From contig NW_003519425.1 of NCBI RefSeq assembly GCF_000190715.1, positions 22,330-86,329 of the forward strand: a stretch of DNA of 64,000 nucleotides, written 5' to 3'. The notes below the pieces were generated by a model that was not told where the DNA came from, did no database searches, and saw only the letters and a program-made list of their open reading frames with translations. Every line of letters starts with the position of its first letter. The first letter of the stretch is position 1. Source of the stretch: Dictyostelium purpureum. Its lineage: Eukaryota. Both the position numbers and the translations under genes were made by a program. Shown here piece after piece: positions 1 to 13,700 of the stretch.

Positions 1-87
1 ATTTTCATGTAAGTAATTCATACATTAATATTTATATATAATAAAAAATATTCATTAATATTAATTTATTTTATTATTTAATTGCAG

Positions 88-387
88 AGAGAGGGTCGTA
101 TTCCAAGAGAAGTCAAATTAAATTTAATACTTCAAAAATATAGTTCAGAAAATAATTCTCAAAATAATTCCGAAGATGAGTCCAAAGTTAAGTCCGAAGA
201 TGAGTCTGAAAATGAATTAGAAGATAATTACGATGATCATTCCATTTATGAATCAGATTTCGAATCAGATTTCGAATCAGATGATCATATCAATAATGAA
301 TCTGATTCCGTTTCAGATGATCATATCAATAATGATTTCTCTTCTGGTAATAATGAAGAATTAGTTGACCCAATGGATCTCGATTAA
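88..387 (+). CDS. Terminal exon of a gene that starts upstream of the window. It encodes an acidic Ser/Asp/Glu-rich C-terminal tail.
   Basis: Acceptor ..ttatttaattgcag at 75-87, then open frame to TAA at 385-387. Internal duplications (SDFESDFESDDHINNESDS / VSDDHINNDFSS). No start codon in window. Confidence 0.4.
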   Translation, partial: REGRIPREVKLNLILQKYSSENNSQNNSEDESKVKSEDESENELEDNYDDHSIYESDFESDFESDDHINNESDSVSDDHINNDFSSGNNEELVDPMDLD

Positions 388-699
388 TCATGAAATCGAA
401 GGCGATGAGATTAATAACTAAATCGCTCCATTCTTTGTTTCAATTAATGAACTCGATGGAGATAAAATTATTAATTAAATCGTTTTATTCAAAAATTTCA
501 TTAAAGTCGATTACATCAGAAATCATCACCATATAGTTTAAATCTTTTGAAAAAACCTCGAACATCAATAAAAAGCAAAATATTAAGGTAAAAATAATGA
601 TATCATTATTATAATTATAATTATATTAAATATAAAAGAAACTAATATTTAATTTTTATATCTTTATAGTTAAGTTCTAATCAATTCGTTTTGTCTTAA

Positions 700-1260
700 G
701 TCTCTAATCAAATATAGGGTTTATGTTTAATAAATAGTAAACACAAAGTGCACCATTATCATAAGGATGACCATCTACATCAACCATTATCACATATTTC
801 TTTTGAAAGCTCGCAAACATTTATTTAAATCACCACCACCACCTCAGTACTTAAATTGAACCACCTCACAAATCACACTCAAAGTTACAATCCAGTAGTA
901 TAGCCACAAACACAAGTTCAAGTTCTACACAACACACCAAAAACACATCACCACCTCAATTACTCAGAACATGTCTTAGTGCCAGTAATACAATATCAAT
1001 CAAAATTTCATTATATTTTTAAAAGTTCAATTCACTGGTCATTTAGCTCATTGTTCATTGTTTATACCGATTCAAAGTAGAAATTATCTGTAAACCAATT
1101 ATAAATTTCCAAAACTTTCATTGCTCCACCTAATCCGCTTACCCAAAGTTCTATGCACCAGAAATATTGGTGAAAAAGGTGAAACTTAGTTCAAACCATG
1201 TTAATACTTAATCAAGAGAAGGTAAAGAACACCCAGTGATAAAACTTTGATATTAAAGAT
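700..1260. other. ORF-free, strand-asymmetric C+A-rich segment (about 35-40% GC, almost no G on the + strand). Not typical intergenic spacer.
   Basis: Composition contrasts with the flanking >85% AT spacer. No ORF of 60 aa or more on either strand. Motifs ccaccaccaccacctc, cacaaatcacactcaaag, cacaacacaccaaaaacacatcaccacc. Confidence 0.3.
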
Positions 1261-1859
1261 ATTTTCATAGAAATATATAAATAAATAATTTTTTCTAATT
1301 GTAAATAAATTAATTTTTAAAAAAATAAAATTTAAATTTCACCTATTTTTATACACATTTAATCTTAATAATGATTTGTATAATTAAATTAAAATTTTTA
1401 TTTAACTTACAATTACACATTTTTTCACCATTTATTTTTAATAATAAACATCAATCACTTTTAAGTATATTTTATTTTTATTTTTTAATTATTTTCAACA
1501 CTAATATAACTTTCTTTCTAAACAATGAGTTAACACCATCTGCTACATTCAATATATTGGTTTCTAAGTGGGTGCCATATTAGCAACTCTTATAGTAATT
1601 TTACTAGTAATTGCATTTATTGATGTACCACCTATTTTTGTATTTCTTGGGCATGTTTCTATGAAAAATAAATTGTAATGACTATAGTTTTAAAATTTAA
1701 AAGTTCTATATTTAATTTTAAATAAATTCATTAAAAAAAACAATTCTAAATTATATATTATAGATATAATATTATAGATAAATTTTTTTATTATATTTAT
1801 TATTTATTAAAAATATAGTAATAAAGTTCAAACTGATGAATGTTGGTAAAATAAAAGGT

Positions 1860-2230
1860 ATAAAACACACACACACATCTAAACACTCATTCATTTAAGT
1901 GAAACAACACTCTTAATAATTGGAGACACAAAAAAAAATAAAAAAAAAATTTTATCATGCATTTCTCTATTTTTTTTTAAAAAAATTGGTGATAGTTAGT
2001 GGTGTTTTTCTTTTGTACATCACACTCACACACTCACACAATTTAAGATCATTAAGATAACTAAATAATTCATAATAAGATAACAATTTAATTATTATAA
2101 TATTTGAAAAAAAAAAAACTTAAATTATTAAAAACTAAAAATAACTTTTTTTAAAATCACAATGTAAAAACACACAATCACACACCAACAAATAAAAATA
2201 ATTCACACACATTAACACACAATTATAAAA
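1860..2230 (+). promoter_or_regulatory. CA-rich upstream elements (CAE-like, acacacac / cacactcacacactcacaca) 5' of the 2325 gene.
   Basis: Several (CA)n and CACAC clusters in otherwise pure A/T sequence, 100-450 bp upstream of ATG 2325. Confidence 0.3.
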
Positions 2231-2324
2231 AAAAAAAATTTTTTATCCACCCAATTTTTTTTTTTTTTTAATTTAAAAACCAAGTTTTTTTTTTTTTTTA
2301 CTATCATTAATTAAATAAAAAGGA

Positions 2325-4409
2325 ATGGATAGCAATAGTAATAATAGAAAAATTATAATAAAAAATATAATTAATAATGTTATAAATAATGTTATAGATA
2401 ATAGAAATAATAATAATAATTCTAATAATAATTCCAATGGTGAATTTAAAATATTACCAATGAGCCATACGGAAGTTGTATTTTGGAAAGTTTTTAAAAA
2501 TTGTTATCTAAAAAAAAATATATTTTCATTTTTCATTTTTAAAGATATCTTTAGATATGATGATATTTATTTTGTCCAAGATATAGTTCTTTATAAAAAT
2601 GCAGAAGAAATATACAAGGATAAAGTCAAAAGTGGAGCAGTTTTAAATTTCAGTGGAAAGCCCGTTTTGGAAAAGGAAAGAGTTCCACCCATATCTAATA
2701 TTTATAAAACCATCAATAAAAATACTAAAGAGAATAAAATGTTTTACCAGATGTTGTTTACCAAGTACCCAGAGGCAAATTCATTTTATGGAGACTCATT
2801 ACAGCAGATAATAAATGAAAAAAACTATGTTGCCTTTAAGCAGTACAGAAAAATGTTTCCAATCTCGTCAGAATTTAGAGAATCACTACCTGACATTAAA
2901 GAAATAAATTGTTTTGAAAATTATATTATGTGTAAGTTGTTATATCCTAACTTTGATTATAAAAATAAAATATCAGTTAGTATATTTAAAGACAACCAAG
3001 GAAATTCCATTACATTTAAAAAGTTACTCCAAATGTGTTGTATGGAAGAAGATGAACAACTAATCAACTGTTCAAAAAAACTTTTATCGTTTCCTATTAG
3101 CCATTTGTTCCGAACCCACCGTCTATTGGTTTTAGAATACATTCACTTATTTTATAGTTTAACTAATAACCCTCTCCCACCAGATTGTAATTCAATATTT
3201 TTCAATAATAAAGAAGAAGTTGTAAATAACAAAAACAGTACCAACAACAATAACAATAACATTAACAACAACAATAACAATAACAATAACAACAACAATA
3301 ACTATTACAATAACAATAACAATAACAATAACAATAACAATAACAATAACAACAACAATAACAACAACAATAACAACAACAATAACTATTACCATTACCA
3401 TTACAATAACAATAACAATAACAATAACAATAACAATAACAATAATATCAGTATTAATAATAATAATAATAATAATATTAGTATAACTAATGACTCTCTC
3501 CCACCATATTGTAATTCATTACATTACAATAATAAAGAAGAATTTGTAAATAATAGAAAAAGTAACATGAAAAAAAAAATCAGAAACCTTAAATACCTTA
3601 ATAATAATTTTATTAGAACTGACTATATCCTACCATGTTATAATACATTACTTTATTGTAATAAAGAAGAACTTTTACAAAACAAAACCTGCTACGACAA
3701 CATCAACAACAATAATATCAGTGCTGATTATGATAATAATATTTATAATAATTCTCCCTTTTTGTCTATAAAAAAATTCTATAATAATTCATTTAGTAGT
3801 TTAAAAAAATTCGAAGTGAATGATTTTGTAGACAGATATGAAGCATTTTATTTAGTCGCTAATATAAAGTATGAAAAAATTGAAATGCATTGTTCTGTTT
3901 ATATCAATTATTTGTATTTCTTTGGTTACAAAGAAGATCTTTACAGGATAACCTATATGTACCCAAATTCTCTTGGCCCCCATACACGTGAATACATATA
4001 CTCTGATATTATTCATCAATTTGTAAACACCATTGTCAAAAATTCAACACTTCCAGACTATAATTCAATGGCCTCTGCAAAACAAATTTTATTTTGTTTT
4101 AAAATTATAAACAAAATTTGCAAATACAATTTTTATCACACACTAAAATCGCTTGCATCAAATTACCATCACCTATTATTCAATTCACAACAAGGTTGGT
4201 ACAATGACAAAAAAGTAAAGACATTCATCACCACAGCAATTCAAAGTGAAAATTCAATAATTGCTGAACTTTTACTCGATTTCACCAAGATGGATAAATA
4301 TACTTTTAAAAATATTTTATTCAACAAACAATCATGGGAATCAACACATGAAAAAGTCAGATTTAACAATCTTTTAAAAAATTACAAATTTAAAGGTATT
4401 TTTGATTAA
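2325..4409 (+). CDS. Hypothetical Asn-rich protein (694 aa). N-terminus carries the 'VVFWKVFKNCYL' motif shared with FNIP-repeat proteins. Contains three internal repeats of the 'LPPxCNSxxxNNKEExVNN' type.
   Basis: Long uninterrupted ORF starting at ATG 2325. Coding (AAC/AAT)n tract 3238-3470. CA-rich upstream region at 1860-2230. Confidence 0.6.
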   Translation: MDSNSNNRKIIIKNIINNVINNVIDNRNNNNNSNNNSNGEFKILPMSHTEVVFWKVFKNCYLKKNIFSFFIFKDIFRYDDIYFVQDIVLYKNAEEIYKDKVKSGAVLNFSGKPVLEKERVPPISNIYKTINKNTKENKMFYQMLFTKYPEANSFYGDSLQQIINEKNYVAFKQYRKMFPISSEFRESLPDIKEINCFENYIMCKLLYPNFDYKNKISVSIFKDNQGNSITFKKLLQMCCMEEDEQLINCSKKLLSFPISHLFRTHRLLVLEYIHLFYSLTNNPLPPDCNSIFFNNKEEVVNNKNSTNNNNNNINNNNNNNNNNNNNYYNNNNNNNNNNNNNNNNNNNNNNNNNNYYHYHYNNNNNNNNNNNNNNISINNNNNNNISITNDSLPPYCNSLHYNNKEEFVNNRKSNMKKKIRNLKYLNNNFIRTDYILPCYNTLLYCNKEELLQNKTCYDNINNNNISADYDNNIYNNSPFLSIKKFYNNSFSSLKKFEVNDFVDRYEAFYLVANIKYEKIEMHCSVYINYLYFFGYKEDLYRITYMYPNSLGPHTREYIYSDIIHQFVNTIVKNSTLPDYNSMASAKQILFCFKIINKICKYNFYHTLKSLASNYHHLLFNSQQGWYNDKKVKTFITTAIQSENSIIAELLLDFTKMDKYTFKNILFNKQSWESTHEKVRFNNLLKNYKFKGIFD
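3238..3470 (+). repeat. Coding (AAC/AAT)n tract (poly-Asn, ~75 codons) inside the 2325-4409 ORF.
   Basis: Direct read. Causes spurious antisense VIV(n) ORF 3192-3401. Confidence 0.9.
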
Positions 4410-4728
4410 ATAAATATATTTTATAGTTTTTAAAAAATATTGAGATCAATTGATCTTTAAAGTCTTAAATTTCTTTTTATTATAATTTCATTTTTTTTCA
4501 ATTTTTCCCCCTATTTTTTTTAAATTTTAAAATTTTTTTAAAATTTTTTCATTTTTTTAATTTTAATTTTTTTTAATGACATTTAAGTAAATAAATATAT
4601 ATTTATAAAGTATATAAAAAGTTTTATAGTTTTATAGTTTTATAAATTGTTGTAATATTGAGGTTAGTATTTAAATTACATTATTATATTTTTATTATGA
4701 CGATCTTTTTAACAATTATTTAAATAAG

Positions 4729-7700
4729 ATGGTTGAAAATTGCAATAATAAAGGAATAATAGATTATTACATTATACCAAGGAATAATGTTAATCACGAG
4801 GTTATTAGAATAATAGCCTCCAATGCAAATATAGAGCCACATGACTATTTAGAAAGAAATGAAAATATTATAAAGGTTTCAAACATAGATGGTTATAACT
4901 GCGATCAATCAAACTGGGAAAAAGAATATAACAATGATTGGAGGAATAAATTAAATAGTTTAATAAATCACGATGTTCAATATATAGAGAATAAACTAAA
5001 AGATTATATAAATGATTCAAAGATTAAACTTAGTATTTTTAAGAATCAATCAAGTAAAGGATTTAGTAGTGGCAATACCAATACTGATTTTGGTTATAAA
5101 GAGGCTTTGAAGAATTTTACACAACAGCTTGATTACTATAATTTAGAAAGAGTCTATAATAAATCAAATCCTTTGGGTATCGAAAGTTGGTTTTCTTTAG
5201 CCAGATGCGACATCAATGAATCAAAATCATCAAACGAATATAGGGACGAAGGCGGTTTACCATTAGATTCAAATTTATTTGAAGGTTATTCCGAAAGATT
5301 ATCTTGTTTTTCACAATCCAATCATATATTATTGTTCCCAAAACCAATAAATAATAGTGATAATGATAATGATAGTAATAGTACCAATAGTCAACAACAA
5401 CAAGAAAATAATAATAACGAAGAATTTAATTCAAATAGTTTCAATCAAATTTTAATAGAGTTAGTAAGAGGTATTTACCAGTATAATAGTTTACCAATAT
5501 TTTCTTTACATTTAAATAATGATTGCAGTATGGATCCAGTTGTTCACCCAGCATACAGAAATACATTAGTAGGAAAGGTTTTATTTGCATTGGACTATTA
5601 TATGAAGGGGTTTCTTAATGGTGGCTTCATATCTAGCGATTATATAACCAACTATTACGATATAAAACAACCAGAAGATCAAGATGAGAATGCCATTAAA
5701 TCAAAAATAAGAAACTTAAAAAGAAATATTATTGACATCAAAGAAGAGATAGAATCTGGTGAATGGATGCACTTAAAAGATAAATTCGAATACAAGTCAC
5801 TTAGAGAAAGATCTTTCGAGCTGGGTTTAGAAGGAAAAGGTAACTTTAATGAAGTTCAAGCGGAAATAAGGCAACTTCATGGTATAGACGAAGATCCTAC
5901 TATTATTGCATTACAAAAGGCATGGGATAATTTAAATAAACCTGAAAATGGAGGGATAAAATTTAATACAACTTTTAGAGTTATAGCAAAAGAGAATTCA
6001 TGTCAAATGGAGGATGGTATATGGGTAGTTGATGGTGGTTTTACTGTTACATATATTATTGAACCAACTAAACCATATCAAGAATACATTGATGCTTATA
6101 AATCAGTATTCCATGGCCAAACACCAAAAGAATATCAATTACAAGAACAAGTTTATAGAGAAACTGCCGATGCGATATCAAATCAAATGCCTCTATTACC
6201 ACCTTGTCGTAAATACTTTGAAATGTTCAAACAAATTTCATTTTTATCTTCATATCTATCAACTCTAAAATCATCTGGACAAATACCAAATATTTCTCAA
6301 ATTAAGGAATCATTAAATGATATAGTTAACTTTAAAACTCCATTAAAAATACCACCTTTACCAGTTAGATTTTATAAAACTATTCAAATATCATTAACAA
6401 TTGATGATATTTTAAGTTTTATTAACACCAATTATAATCCAAATAATAATAATAATAATGAAAATTTAGAAATCTTAGTGTATGAGCAATTAAAAAGTTA
6501 TTTAGAATTGGTTTCAAGTTATGATAATATTCAATTTATTAATACAAGTAAAGAACAAGAAGAAATGATCAAAACTAAGAAATTAGAATTAAAGCAAACA
6601 ATTTCACGAGTAATTCACAAAATGATTGAAATTAAATATGAACACCCAATAAGATTTAAAAGTATCAGTGATCAGTTAAATATATTATCAAATAATTTTT
6701 TAAATTTTTTAGAAATGCACGTGGATATTGTTTTGGTCCAACAGTTCTCTGATTTAGTCAGTATTATGGGGTCATTTATTGAAGTGTTGGAACAAAATAA
6801 TCAAAAAGGATCAGACTATGGTGCACCTTGGCCTGTTTTTCAAGATATTGTTAACGAAGAAGATTTATTATCTGATTCAGACACAGCAAGTGAAACCTAT
6901 CTCCAAAAGATGGAAAAGGTTTCAGATTTCCGTGACGAATGTATCAGATTAAATATCAGCCTCGATGATCTGAAAAAAAGTTGTATGGAAATCATAGATT
7001 CTTGCAAAATCTTTTTATTTTCCGATAATTGTAGAGGTTGTAATGGTGATTTAGAATTGCATAAGAATAACCTTTTTAGTCAAGAAGACTCACTCTGCAC
7101 AATTGACTCACTCAAATGTTTTAAAAAATTTCTCAATATGTGTAAAGATCGGCTAGAAGAAAAGAAAAGAACACAAGGTTGGTTTTCCTCTATATTCAGT
7201 AATCCAGAAAAAGAAATAGCTGAAATAGATCAAACTTTATCCACATTACAAATTTCAAATATTAATCAGTACTCCAGTGTAGTAATCAGTTATTTAGAAG
7301 AGACTTTTGGAAATGTAGAAGACCTTGTCTCTTCACTCAAAGAATCAACTATTGATTTTTTTGAAAATCATTTATCGCATTTTACAAAAAAACTATTAAA
7401 ATTAATAAAAGACTCAAGCGGAACCCTCGATATTATTCAATGGCTAACCCAAGGCCGTTCTTCATCGATCCAGTCCAAATTAAATAGCACATCAACATCA
7501 AATTTATTAAACATTAGTTTATTACCTTTATCAAAAATAGAAATTGCAGATTCTACTTATTATTCAAAAGAAGGGGAATACCAAAAGATTTGGGGTGGCT
7601 GTTTTTTCGATTTTACAACATTAATAATTAAACCAATTAAGGAACTATCATCTGATGGTGGCTGTTTCACAGTGGAATCAATTAAGGATACTTTTGAGGG

Positions 7701-10700
7701 ACATTTTAACAAATGGATTAGTTTAGAAAATGAACAGTTAATGGGTATTCAAATTAATATTTTACCAAGTGACTCTATTACACAACAATTCAATCAAATT
7801 AGTTATTATTCGGTACCACCAATAGTTAATGTATTTTACCAATTTATAAATGATGAGGAATTGCTTTTAGAATATATAAATAGTAAGTCCAGTAACGATT
7901 TAATGGAGCTTGACAGCTATAGCAATTCACTGTTACATCTCTCTGCATCTGTTGGTAATACATTGGTTTTAAAATCATTGATTTCAAAGATTGGTATTGA
8001 ACATATAAATGATAGAAATGACTTTGGCTATACTCCTCTATCAAGTGCAGCTATTATGGGTCAAGTAGAATCAGTTAAAGTTCTATTGGAACAAAATGAA
8101 ACCAATATAAATAGTATCAGTAATAATGGCTTCACCGCATTACATATATCAATTTTAGAAGGAAATTCCCAAGTCTCAAGATTAATAATCGAGAACTCTA
8201 AAACTAACTTAAACAAACAAATAAATGGAAACACACCGCTACATTTAGCATTATTAAGTAATCAAGTAGATTTAGCCATTGAACTCGTTAATAAAGGTGC
8301 ATCCCCATTTATATCAAGGCAGTTTGATGGGTTTACCCCGATCGAGGTTGCAGTTTCTTTGGGCCAATTAAAATTTATTAAACACATCGGCTACCAATCA
8401 TTAGAACCAAACTCTATATTATTAGCATATCAAACTACTTTAATGCATATCGCAGCTCAAAATGGATCTTTAAAAATATGTGACTGGTTAATTAAAAATG
8501 GTTATTCAGCCTCAACTCAAAATCTGTATGGATATACTCCATTGATGGTGGCATTAGAAAATGGATATCCAGAAATAGCACATTTAATATTAGATCATCA
8601 GCCATTATTATCAAACTATAAAGAACAGTCTTCACTTAAAGAGGATTTCCATTACCAATGCACTAGTAAAACCTTTGGCTCATATACAAATTGTAAAAAG
8701 CAAACATCCGCAATGATATCAATATCAAAAGGTTATATAGATATAGCATGGGCCATTTTAAAACAAGGTAAAGAATCATGGGAATATATAGACAAAAATG
8801 GGCACAAGCTTTTAGACTACATCATTCTATATGGAGAACATTTACTATTGGATAGAGTACTCTCAAGTGAAATAATTCCATTAAGTACTACACTTTTACC
8901 ATCTAAATCTATGTCACCCTCATCAACATATTTAGAATTCACCCTAAAGCAAAGAAATAATGAATTAGCAAATGTAATACTTAAACATAACCGTATCGAT
9001 ATAGATATACTTATGAAACAAGAGCAATCAATACTTTCACCAAAAAGACCTTTACACCAACCTTACACACTTTTACATTTAGCAGTAAGATCAAACCATA
9101 CCAAACTAGTTTGTAAATGGATCGAAGAAACAGATATATTATCAAACAATCACGAACCAAAAGATATTATCAAAAATCTAGAAATTAAAACAGGCAATTC
9201 CCAACCTCGAAGCTTATTATCAATTGCAGCTGAAAGTGGTAGCTTGGAATCTTTACAACTATTACTATCATCAAATCTATACAAAAAAACAATTGAAGAA
9301 GACCCAAACGCAATCATTTGTCCAAATGGTATTCATTTATTATATTATGCATTAATTGGTAGAAGTAAAAAGACAATCGAATATTTAGTTAAAACTTGCT
9401 ACATTGATCAACTTAACATCGAATTGGATAGGAATGATCCAGATATAACAGTAGTGGCAATATTATTATCAACCTCACAACATTCATTATTGCCATTCTT
9501 TTCAAGTCATGGTTTAAAGATTTATCAATTTGGCATAAATTCAGTCAATGAAGCTATTAAAGTTGACAATTATGAATCAATAGAATACTTTATTCAAAAA
9601 GCAAATATTGAACTAATTCAAAATAAAAAAGAACCAATAGGGGATGCTTTTTATTTCAACTTGTGGTTAAAATCAATTAAATATAATTCAAAAACAATTC
9701 TCAATTCATTTAGTCAACAAATATCATCTAGTTTATTAAATATTAAATCAAAATTTAAAAGTAACGATACATTAATAACATCACCTTTAACCGAAATAGT
9801 AAAATATATAGCCGTCCCATTGTTATTATACTATATCAATAATAAAAGAGATATTAATAATGTACAATTGCTTTTACAAAATCTACCCAATCAACTATTA
9901 AACCTGGAAACTATTTTAGCAAACCTCAAAGAATTAATAATAAATGATGATTATAAAATGTTAATCACATTATACCAATATTTCAACAAAAATAATAATA
10001 ATATTAATAATATTCAAGAAGAAATAATTAATAATTGTATAAAATTCAAATCTATTGGCTGTTTGGAATCAATGTATAAAGAAACAAATGAAAATAGTTT
10101 ATTAGAAGAGATTAAATATATCAGTGATGACAAGTACCATAATGAAAATGAAGTACTTAAAGATAGAATTTTTGATGCATTACAAAAAAAGAAAGATTTA
10201 ATTGTATTGAAATTTTTAGAATTATTTGGTGAAAGTTTACCATCAGTTCTAATCCAAGATACACCAGTTTTAGTTTTAACATTCAGTTTTTGTTGTGAGC
10301 TTTCATTTAAGTATTGTTTGTCAAAAGGTTGCAATGTGTTTGATAAAAGAGGAAGCGGAAACTATATTGGCCAAGGTGAAGATAAAAATCAACAAACAAA
10401 CTTATTACTATACTTATTAAAAGATCATTCAGTATTAGGTACTCAATTATTAATGCTAAAGAAATATTTAACAAAAGATACTATTCATCAATTATTCAAT
10501 CAAGAGATAAACATCGGCACTAATGAAAGTACATCTATGAAACTAACTCATTGGGACCTAATTGTTATAGTCTCCGAACCACGATTTATTCAAGAAGCAT
10601 ATGATGAATCGAATAGTGAAGAAGAAGAAAAAGTTATTATTGAGTTTGCGAATTCATTCGCTTTATCACTAAAAGAAAAACAGAGTAATAGACAACAATA

Positions 10701-13700
10701 TGATAGTTTTATAGAAGGAATGGCCAGTTTAGGTTTGGGATCAACCAAAGTACCATCTCAAAGATACGCAACTCATGTTAGGGATATTGATTACGAATCA
10801 TTCACCCCAAAATTATTTACTGTTCCAAATGAAACCATCGATTCCAATCTTTTAATTACCTGTACAAACTCTGGTAAATCAAGTTGGTTAGAAGAATGGT
10901 TAAATTATTCCCTATTATCAAAATTACAAGCTGATCAAGAGAACAATTCCCACAAAATATCAATTACATATTTAGAAAAGAGATTTCACCTTAATCGTAT
11001 GATTAATATTATTAATAAAGGTGATCCATCAAGAGTCACACCGCTTATGTATGCTTCAGTTTCCGGCAATATTGATTGTGTTAAAATTCTAATTGAACAT
11101 GGAGCTGACCCCACTTGTTTTGACACCAAAGGAAATTCAACTTTATCTTATGCAATCGAATCAAACTCCGAGAGTACTATCTGGTTTTTAATACCATATT
11201 GTTTATGTATATTAAATAATACAAATTCAAATAATGACTATTTAATATCCATGGCTGCAGAAAAAGGTTATACATCGTTGGTATCTAGATTCCTCAAATA
11301 TGGTGCTTATATTGATAACAATGGTAGCTTTAATAAACTACCGTTATCTAAAGCCTGTTTCTTTGGTAAATCAAATATTATTAAATTACTTTTATCAGCA
11401 AAAAGACTATTAGTTCCATCGACAATGTTTTCAAAATCTACATCCTCAACTACTTCCAATACCACACAGTTGGTAAATAAAGATATTACAAGTAGCAGTG
11501 TAAAAAAGGATAAAAGCAACGAAGAAAACTCAATCTTTAGCTATTCAGTTTCTCAGATTTCAGCACTAACAACATCATTATCAACATTTAAGACCATTTG
11601 GAATGAAGTTGGAATAGAAAATATTAGAGACTCACCACAACAAAAACATTTAAAGAATATAAATCCAATTGATTTTGGTGACTCTGCTTTTGATATTGCC
11701 ATTCAAAATAACAATTTATTAATGATAGAGTACTTGCTATCATTCAACCAAACAATTGGTTCGGAGGAAGAAGAAGATCGTTGGATAAAAGTGGTCCTAT
11801 CAGATAATCCATCATTAATTAGTTTATTAAACACACCAAACGATTTATTGTCAAATATACCAAGTCTTAAGGCAAATGCATTACATGTAGCAGCATTAAG
11901 AAAATGTCATCAAATTGTACCATCGCTGATTGAAATAGGTGTTAGTCCATTTGAAACATGTTTATATGAAAACACCACACCATTACAATTGGCTGCATCT
12001 TTAGGAAATTGTCAATTCATCAAAAGTCTATTAAGGTCTTTATATAAAAATAAAGATAAATTGAACCAAGTACTGACATCAAGTGGTCACTCATCTGGTG
12101 GAAAATCTGCATTAGAACTCGCTTTATTTAATGGCCATTTATCATCAGCATATATTTTAATTCAAGCATCTCCCGATATATCTATAAGTAAACCATCATT
12201 AAAACTTTTAAACTATATTGCATCAAATCAAAATTCTCAAAACAATTGGTCAAATCAGGAATTTCTATTCAAACTATTAGCTATTTATGGTGATGACTCT
12301 ATTTCCTTAAAGAATTTGAATACATCTCAAAAAGCTCAAGAATTTTATGACAGCAAGCTTATTTCATCTTTTTGGTCATCAGAAAAACTTGTATCTTTGC
12401 AAAAATCAATTGATTCTTTAGATTTTACATCAAAATCATATCAAGGTAAACTCGAAAGATCCATTAGATTTGGCTTTTCAATGAAAAAATCAAGAGAAAT
12501 ATTAACTATGAATTGGTTAACAACAAGTATAGAAAGAATAGATATTGGAAGTGATAACTATTTAGAAACCAGTGATATATTATTAAACTATTTGCAGGAT
12601 ATTAGTTTAAATAACTCTTCTTCAATGGAATTTTTAAAATTTGCTCAATCTAAATTTAGCTCAACATGTCAAATTAATCTATCAAGTTATATTTACCAGT
12701 ATTTAAATAGTAGTGTCATTTATATCGAAAATCTTTATAAGAACTTTGATGAAGCTTACCAATGCCTAGCTCAAATTCAAGATAAATCATTAATATCAGC
12801 ATTTGATAAAGAAATTGCAAGCAAATGGCCATGGATGTATCTATTTGAAGCAACAACTGACAACGGTTTGAAACTGTTTACAATTTTAGATAAGGTGTTA
12901 AAAACCAATAATATTCAACTTTACTATTGGTTTATTTCCCATTTTACTGCCCCAATAAAGAGTTTATTTATAGAATCCACTGTTCCACTAATTAAAAATG
13001 CCATTGATAGATTTTCACAATTTGTTACAATTTTCAAAGATGACCCAAGTCTACTAGAATTTCTACCATACCCACCATCAGATTTACAATTATCATTCCA
13101 ATGTGAAAATGGAAGAAAAAATATTCAACTTGCAATTAATTCTCTTCAAAAACAAAAACAACTTCAATATATTCAAGTTTCATTTCTTCAATATTTACCA
13201 AAATCAACAGAATATATTCAAAAATCATTAAAAAATTCTTTACCAGATACATTATTAGTTTGTAGACAAACATTTGAAATATCCTCTTTTCTTATAAATA
13301 ATAATAATAATAATAATCAAATTGAAGAACAAGTATTAGATTTAATTTCTTCATGTTCACATGTATTATTGAAAGCTTTTAGAGGTATAAGAAATAGTTC
13401 AAATAACAAAGTTTTAAATTTAGTATTTTTATTAAACTATCAAACAAATTTAAGATTATTAGAAATGATGGATTATCAAACTTCACTTCCAACAGATTGC
13501 AAATTATCATTGGTTCAATTCTTTGATTCAATTTTACAAGTTAATGAATATAATATTATCTCTGAAGGGGATATATTGTCAATGGAATCCTCAAAAGAAA
13601 AGAATAACATTACAAGCGGTAGAATTGATTGGTGTAGAGATATGCAAACCATTATAGCTCAATCCCCACAGCTTATTAAATATATTGGCCAATCACATTT

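Noticed and set aside
388-560. Imperfect direct repeat 'aaatcgaaggcgatgagattaataactaaatcg' / 'aactcgatggagataaaattattaattaaatcg' after the first stop codon
   Set aside because: Only ~70% identity over ~33 nt in a 3' UTR. No ORF or structure implied, probably a slippage relic.
1371-1583. 70-aa ORF in AT-rich spacer, plus 19566-19823 and 51762-51953
   Set aside because: Phe/Ile/Lys/Asn-rich translations of A/T homopolymeric spacer. No start context, no splice logic, composition-driven.
3192-3401. 69-aa ORF 'MVMVIVIVVV...' on the minus strand
   Set aside because: Pure antisense reading of the coding (AAC/AAT)n poly-Asn tract of the 2325-4409 gene. Low-complexity artefact.
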